DNA from: Paramicrosporidium saccamoebae KSL3
Lineage: Eukaryota; Fungi; Cryptomycota
Direction of reading: 5' to 3'
Length of the DNA stretch: 32,000 bases
Assembly: GCA_002794465.1 (NCBI GenBank)
Contig: MTSL01000178.1
Location: forward strand, 22,015-54,014
Part shown: piece after piece, positions 26,794-32,000 of the stretch
How positions within the stretch are numbered: position 1 is the first letter of the stretch
Layout: each line of letters opens with the position of its first letter
Translations under genes and position numbers: made by a program
The notes under the pieces: model-generated
The model's input: the letters and a program-made list of their open reading frames with translations, nothing else
What the model was told of the DNA's origin: nothing
The model's database searches: none

Positions 26794-27160
26794 ATGAACA
26801 TAAAAGATTACTATTTTGGTCGGTCACTATGCTAGTGTGAGGCTTAAGCATTAAACACTGGTGGATGAAAAGTTCATATTTCAGCACTTGTGGATGACAA
26901 GGCCACATTTCGGCACCTGTGAACGACAGAACCATGCTTTGGCGCTTGTGGATGACAAAGCCATAGTCCGGCACCTGTGGACGATAAGGCTATATTTCAA
27001 CACTTGTGGACAACAAAGCTACGTTTCAACACTTGTGGATGACAAAGCAACACCATCGTTCAATGAACATAAAAGATTACTATTTTGGTCGATCACTAAC
27101 TATGCTAGCATTCCCTTTAAATAAAGTATTCAGCACTTGTGGACGACAAAGCCGCATCGT
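26794..27160. repeat. Non-coding 29-bp tandem array (7 units, 26849-27051) inside a direct duplication of the 3' end of the neighbouring gene
   Basis: Units start at 26849, 26878, 26907, 26936, 26965, 26994 and 27023 (consensus about ATTTCRRCACYTGTGGAYGACAAAGCYAY); an eighth copy lies at 27127-27155. The 42/46-nt direct repeats ATGAACATAAAAGATTACTATTTTGGTCG.TCACT..ATGCTAG are at 26794-26835 and 27063-27108. Confidence 0.92.
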
Positions 27161-28345
27161 CTTTTCAACTTCCTCATATCGCGCATGACGGTCCAACATT
27201 CCCTCGTCCATTAGGCACTCATCAACCTTTGTTTGACTGCACTGGAGTGGTGGAAAGGTCACGAGCTGATGGAGTGGTGTGAAGACTTCCTTCCGGTCAG
27301 GAATGTGCTTCTTTACAACAGCATCTGGCTCAAAACAGACCAGAATCTGAGAGGAAACGTCTGCAGTTGCTCGCCTCTTTCGCGAAACAGATGGTGGGGT
27401 TGTGGGGGGAGTAGGCGGCGCAGCAAACACGTCGAACCGCTTTGCAAATTTGCGCTTTCCTAGTGTGGGAGTGGGCACAGAAAGTGCTCGTTGGACCCTC
27501 TCCTTGACGGGAGAAGAGACTGATATGGAGCGCCGCGTAAAGTTCCGCGGACATTCTGAAGAGCAAAACCACGGCTTTGAATCGCCCGAGAGTACGCTCC
27601 TGTCAACGGGTAGACACCTGTGGTGGTAAGACTTGGGACAGGCATAGCAGCACACTAGGGATTCTGATGGAGAGCTTCCTTCAAGACAGACTGAGCAGTT
27701 CTCTTGAAGGACGGGTCTCATTCTGTCCAAGATGGTCTCTTTTTCATATAGCGAAAGGTCGAGACGGGCCAGTCCGGTGGAAATCCCAAAGCCGTGGTAT
27801 GAACAGCCGTGCTTGTTGCACAGTGTTCGTTGTCCCCAAGGGCCAGGCCGCCAGTTGACTCCATTGGTTGTTCCGCAATATCTGCACCAGTCCATGCCGG
27901 CAGTGGTCATAGCCTCGTAGATAGGCCTGTCATTCCTCAAGGTCTTTTTTGTGAGTCTCCCCTTTCCGGGCGCCATTTTCAAAATGACCTTTTTAATCTG
28001 TCCTTGACCCTCAACTTTGACAACATTGGCCCGAGGCAATATAGGCTTGGCGGGAGTTCGCTCGCCCGGACTGGACATAAACAGCAACTTACATTTTCCA
28101 CACAGTCCCCGCAACATCTGCGTCAAGTTTAGTTCCATTTTGAAGGCACGAACCAGGTTAGGACGGCACTCGGAACAGAGAAGTGGAAGGCGCTGGGCAA
28201 TAAGCTGGACCCTTAGTCGCTGGCAGAGGTCTGCGAGGGAGGACGTGGATAATTGTACTATATTAGAGTCCTTGAGACCAACAGGACTGCAGGGGGACAG
28301 AACAGACGGCTTTCCAACAGACTCAACTTTGGCTCCACTCGCCAT
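27080..28345 (-). CDS. Putative chromatin/transcription regulator: atypical GATA-like finger (C-x2-C-x18-C-x2-H), PHD finger and C-terminal PEHE-like motif, 421 aa
   Basis: WCRYCGTTNGVNWRPGPWGQRTLCNKHG; PHD CSVC...CCYACPKSYH..C...WFCSSEC; C-terminal EVFTP...DECLMDEGMLDRHARYEEVEK. Confidence 0.75.
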   Translation of the reverse strand: MASGAKVESVGKPSVLSPCSPVGLKDSNIVQLSTSSLADLCQRLRVQLIAQRLPLLCSECRPNLVRAFKMELNLTQMLRGLCGKCKLLFMSSPGERTPAKPILPRANVVKVEGQGQIKKVILKMAPGKGRLTKKTLRNDRPIYEAMTTAGMDWCRYCGTTNGVNWRPGPWGQRTLCNKHGCSYHGFGISTGLARLDLSLYEKETILDRMRPVLQENCSVCLEGSSPSESLVCCYACPKSYHHRCLPVDRSVLSGDSKPWFCSSECPRNFTRRSISVSSPVKERVQRALSVPTPTLGKRKFAKRFDVFAAPPTPPTTPPSVSRKRRATADVSSQILVCFEPDAVVKKHIPDRKEVFTPLHQLVTFPPLQCSQTKVDECLMDEGMLDRHARYEEVEKTMRLCRPQVLNTLFKGNASIVSDRPK

Positions 28346-28485
28346 TCAACGAATGCCTCCCGACCAGGCCTTCGGCTTTCAAGGGCGCCCTCGAGCTCAT
28401 GCGTTGATTGGCTATTGCAGCGATAGCCCTGGCAGAACCTCCCTACATCTTGGGACAGAGCCCTCGTCTTGAGCAGGATTGGTGA

Positions 28486-29364
28486 ATGTCGAGCCGAGAC
28501 CATGCTCTATTTACGGCGCCTCGCGTTTCGAACTTTGGCCTGCTGATGTCTGACGATGACACTTCAGACACTGATAGCGTCGAGGATGTCACACACAGTG
28601 ACACAAATGGAACTACTGCCACTACGAATGACATGAATGCAACCACTGTAGCCACAGGTAGCATGAATGGAGCTGCGGCCAACACAAACGACATGACAGG
28701 CCACTCGTCTAACGACCATGCTGCTGCTGAGGATGAATCTGATGGCTGGTCTTGTGCTGCTCCAAAGACTCACAAGAAATCCGGTGCCCGCGGCGTTGCA
28801 GCTCGTCCAGCGCAAGCCTTGAAAAAAAATGGACAAAACCCACCTCTGACTGTTGAGATGCTCTCCCCCGAACATACTATTGAGCTTTACGACTTTCCCG
28901 CTGTTTGGCGAACGGCAGACATTCGCAAATTCATGAGTCCCTTTGACCACCAATACAGAATCAAGTGGCAGAGTGATACCTCTTGCTTTATTCACTTTGA
29001 AACTAGCGAACTTGCGAACCGAGCCATGCAGGAGCTCCCCAGCGATGTTGCCTCTCTTCGCGTCTTTGCTCCTGAAAACGTGATCCAGCAGGCGCCAAAA
29101 ACCGAAGCCCATTCCACTCCCGAGACAACTCTAGAAGTCTACGGATTTCCGGCTACGTGGCGCAGCGACGAGCTCAACAAAGTGCTCACAAATGTTGCTG
29201 GTCAGTACCGTCTAAAGTGGCGAAATGATGCATCGTGCTTTGTAATCTTTGACTCTAGAGAGATTTTGGAAAATGGCAAGTTGGAATTGGCAAAGGAGGC
29301 CGCTATTAAGGTGCGACCTTATTTTTCAGAGCCGAACAGCGTTTCCCCCAAGAAGCAGCATTAG
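28486..29364 (+). CDS. R3HCC1-like protein with two tandem atypical RRM domains, 292 aa
   Basis: EHTIELYDFP..WRTADI......YRIKWQSDTSCFIHF and ETTLEVYGFP..WRSDEL......YRLKWRNDASCFVIF both match the R3HCC1/NCBP3-type H.IE+YDFP...IKWVDD RRM pattern. Confidence 0.65.
   Translation: MSSRDHALFTAPRVSNFGLLMSDDDTSDTDSVEDVTHSDTNGTTATTNDMNATTVATGSMNGAAANTNDMTGHSSNDHAAAEDESDGWSCAAPKTHKKSGARGVAARPAQALKKNGQNPPLTVEMLSPEHTIELYDFPAVWRTADIRKFMSPFDHQYRIKWQSDTSCFIHFETSELANRAMQELPSDVASLRVFAPENVIQQAPKTEAHSTPETTLEVYGFPATWRSDELNKVLTNVAGQYRLKWRNDASCFVIFDSREILENGKLELAKEAAIKVRPYFSEPNSVSPKKQH
28603..28716 (+). repeat. 30-nt (10-aa) coding repeat in the R3HCC1-like N-terminus
   Basis: TNGTTATTND/MNATTVATGS/MNGAAANTND/MTGHSSND. 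Confidence 0.6.
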
Positions 29365-29445
29365 CTTTGCGGGTATTCCCTATGTGTACCAGCATTTTCG
29401 ACATAATTTGAGCTAATAAAATTACGAAAAGTGTTAAAGGACGTG

Positions 29446-30759
29446 ATGACCGATTTGCCCTCTGTTCTCTTATCCACGTCCAATCGAGACAGTGTTGATA
29501 CAACACATGGAGTCGATCTGAACGATTTAAAACGGGCCCTTGACAAGGTTCGGGAGACAATGGCCGCTCGCAAGGTGCAGAAGCACAATTAAGTCTTTTA
29601 TACCGTGTAGAGCGCGCTTGGTGAACTAGTTGAGAAGAACCATTCCGACTTTACAGCCTATCTATCCAGTTTGAATAACCTGGAGCGCATTTGGCGTCCA
29701 TTGGAGGTGGAGTCTGCACAACGTCGAATATATGGCGACGACCGTGCCGTCTCACTGTCTTGTCTAAAAGCAGTTTTGGACGACATGACTAATGAATCTG
29801 AAGATTTTCAGGCAGACTATCTAAAATATCTTGAAAGACAGATGGGACAGAAGGCCGGAGAATTGGCCAGACTTCCCAACTACGAGAAATGCGCAGTCTC
29901 AATTTCCGACGGCGAGTACACGATAAACTCGGTAATCTCACAAAAGACACGGCAACTGGTAGAGTTTCTGGAGATGACAATTGCCCTATCTGATGAGGAT
30001 ACGATTAGGGCAGCCATCTCTGATTGCTGTCTTTTATTCTTGGAAATTTTTCGAAATGCTTTTGCCTCACAGCTTTTACAGCTCCCCCATTTGGCGGCCT
30101 TGTTCTACAACGATAGTCGATATCTTTCTGTATTCACCAAAGTTAAATGCTCCGGCACCACGGAAGTTCCCGAGAGGATGGGGCTGATTGGTGCAGAGAT
30201 TCTTCAAAATAGCCTGAATCGAAATCGTGACGAGATTGGCGATCTATTCACTGCAAAAGCTTGGCAGCTTCGCTATGGACAATTAGATAGGGATTCGCTT
30301 AGCAACATACAGAGGACTCTTGATCAAGCGCTACTTAGGCTAAGCCAAATCCGAAAGGTCTTGTTGCCAATCCTAGATCCTGACATGTTTGCCACAATAA
30401 TCCTTGAGCTTGTAGAGAATGTTCTGTCTTGGCTTTGGAATGGCCTAATTTCCATCAAGAGTCTTTCTAGAGATGTTCTCCCCATGTTACCCGACTTTGT
30501 TCAAAATTTAAACCGATCGTGTGTCGATGTAGTCGGAGCTGAGATATGTGCCAAGAATCCACTGGAGATTTGTAAAAAGCTCGACTACCTGCTAAAGATA
30601 TCCATGCAGAATCTAATCCAAGTGAGCAATGCATTTCGTCGAGATGAGTACATTGATACGCTCACCTTGCAAGAGTTTCGTTCAGTTATTAGCTTTACAT
30701 TCCCTGACACGGCCATGAAAGACGCCTTTCTGGCGGAGATTGATGCTGAAATAAATTGA
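29446..30759 (+). CDS. ZW10: ZW10/Dsl1-family tethering and kinetochore protein, shortened form, 425 aa, 2 exons (29446-29574, 29611-30759)
   Basis: The N-terminus LKRALDKVRETMAARK|SALGELVEKNHSDF resembles the ZW10 N-terminus. VISQKTRQLVE...F..QLLQLPHLAALFYNDSRYL resembles the ZW10 C.ISES..KL.E...LPQLAA+..NNC.Y+ segment. The 36-nt intron 29575-29610 has a weak GTGCAG donor. Confidence 0.7.
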
Positions 30760-30779
30760 TTTCCGCTTACATAAACTAC

Positions 30780-31856
30780 ATGAATTCAAGTCTATTTATC
30801 GGGGAACCAGCCCGACTCGGTACACCAGGATTTGATGGCTTTTCGGTACGCTACGTCGGTTTTTATAACTACAGTAGGTCAAGTTTGATCCATTCACTGG
30901 ACGACGCCTGGCCTGTGCATCCTCTGCCAATTTTGGAATGAAAGGTGCCGGTCGACTGTGGATATTTGAGCATATGCAACCCCGTCATCCTCCCCAAATG
31001 TATCTCGACGGTACTGTGTTTGATTATCAGATATGACCTGCCGGAGGGGCTTTATGATGTTGCCTGGAGTGAATCCAATCCTACCGTATTAGCTGCTGCC
31101 ATGGCAGATGGTACAGTGGCAATATTCGACCTAAAAGTCCCGAGCGTTCCTGTGGTGATGCGAAAGGAGCATCAACGAGAATGCAGCGGTATTGATTGGA
31201 ATGCGGTTAGCAAGGATCGTCTCCTCTCCACAGCCTATGATGGCTCGATCAAAATTGTACAAATGAGGGTCACTTGTGATTTCTAGTGGACTGCAGATGC
31301 CAGTGGATCCATGAGGACATTAAAGTCTCATGACGGATTGGTCTATCAGGCGTCTTGGTCTCCTCGGGAAGCCAATTTGATAGTCTCTGCTGGCTCCGAT
31401 TGCAGTATCCGATTATGGGACGCGCGCGCTCACAATGCGATGGCACAAGTCTTGTCTAGGGCCCACGATAATGAAATTCTGTCAGTGGACTGGAACAAAT
31501 GGGATCCGATGCAGTTTGCCACCGGTTCAGTTGATCTCACGGTGCGGATCTGGGATTGGAGAATGTCCTCGTCTCCCGCAACTACATTGAGGGGGCACCA
31601 CCGCGCCGTTAAAAAGGTCAAATGGTCCCCCTTCTCTGGAGGCGTGCTGTTTTCCGTTGGCTATGATATGATGATGCGAGTCTGGGATCTGAAGAGCCTG
31701 AATCCGATGGTCGGCATGTGGGAGGGTCACGATGAATTTGTCACTGGGGTAGATTTGTCTCTTTATGAACCGTCTCTACTCATGGCCACTTGTGCGTGGG
31801 ATCAAAGCATCCGTCTTCTCCGTCCCCCACATTGGGGTCAGAACACCCTATTGTGA
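30780..31856 (+). CDS. PEX7: Peroxisomal targeting signal 2 receptor Pex7 (WD40), 327 aa, 4 exons (30780-30845, 30878-30999, 31031-31256, 31287-31856)
   Basis: TPGFDGFS|VKFDPF...LACASSANFGMKGAGRL, GLYDVAWSE, H.REC..IDWN, AHDNEILSVDWNKW, GH.RAVKKVKWSP, H.EFV.GVD and A.CAWD. Introns 30846-30877 (32 nt), 31000-31030 (31 nt) and 31257-31286 (30 nt). Confidence 0.93.
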
Positions 31857-32000
31857 GATTTATAATAGCGATCGAGAGGTTATGATTCGTAGATATTACT
31901 GTGACGTAGAAAACTGATTAGCATGGCTTTGGAAATAGCTCCCTAGTATGGAGAAGGGATAATCAGAACAATCGATGAAGGATAATGAGATCTTTACCAT

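Noticed and set aside
26849-27051. CRISPR-like appearance of the 29-bp repeat array
   Set aside because: The units are directly adjacent with no unique spacers, they are diverged from each other, there are no cas genes, and the context is eukaryotic.
31896-32000. Open minus-strand frame at the window end (35 codons), possibly the 3' end of the next gene
   Set aside because: Too short, with no recognisable motif, and more than one frame is plausible. It cannot be called without flanking sequence.

Overview
A 32 kb window of a very compact, intron-containing eukaryotic genome. Its gene content is opisthokont/fungal-like. The combination of ~30-nt introns, tiny intergenic gaps and retained mitochondrial, peroxisomal, autophagy and TOR genes suggests an early-diverging rozellid or short-branch microsporidian such as Paramicrosporidium (inference, not verified). 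I rebuilt 23 protein-coding genes by hand with 21 GT-AG introns: eIF3b (3' end only), GSK3, BUD22, RBM42, mitochondrial EF-G2, D2HGDH/DLD2, ETF-QO, eIF5, RAD50, ATG12, SR-alpha, LST8, BRO1/ALIX, VMA8, SNIP1/PML1, SNU13, an RA-ArfGAP-ANK-SHD GIT-like protein, two secreted orphans, a GATA-like/PHD/PEHE-like protein, an R3HCC1-like double-RRM protein, a shortened ZW10 and PEX7. Many starts in the supplied ORF track are GTG/TTG artefacts caused by unrecognised introns. The most striking observation is in SNU13. Its first intron (89 nt; the other 20 are 28-38 nt) can pair with the 5' UTR to form a textbook box C/D-type kink-turn, which is the ligand of Snu13 itself. That fold encloses the AUG and 5' splice site and overlaps the branch point, and it competes with alternative hairpins, so it is a candidate autoregulatory splicing switch. 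Other highlights are head-to-head genes with start codons 0-18 nt apart, recurrent tandem-repeat N-termini, a 29-bp array matching a gene 3' end, and several unusual domain architectures. No tRNA, rRNA, CRISPR array or transposase was recognised.
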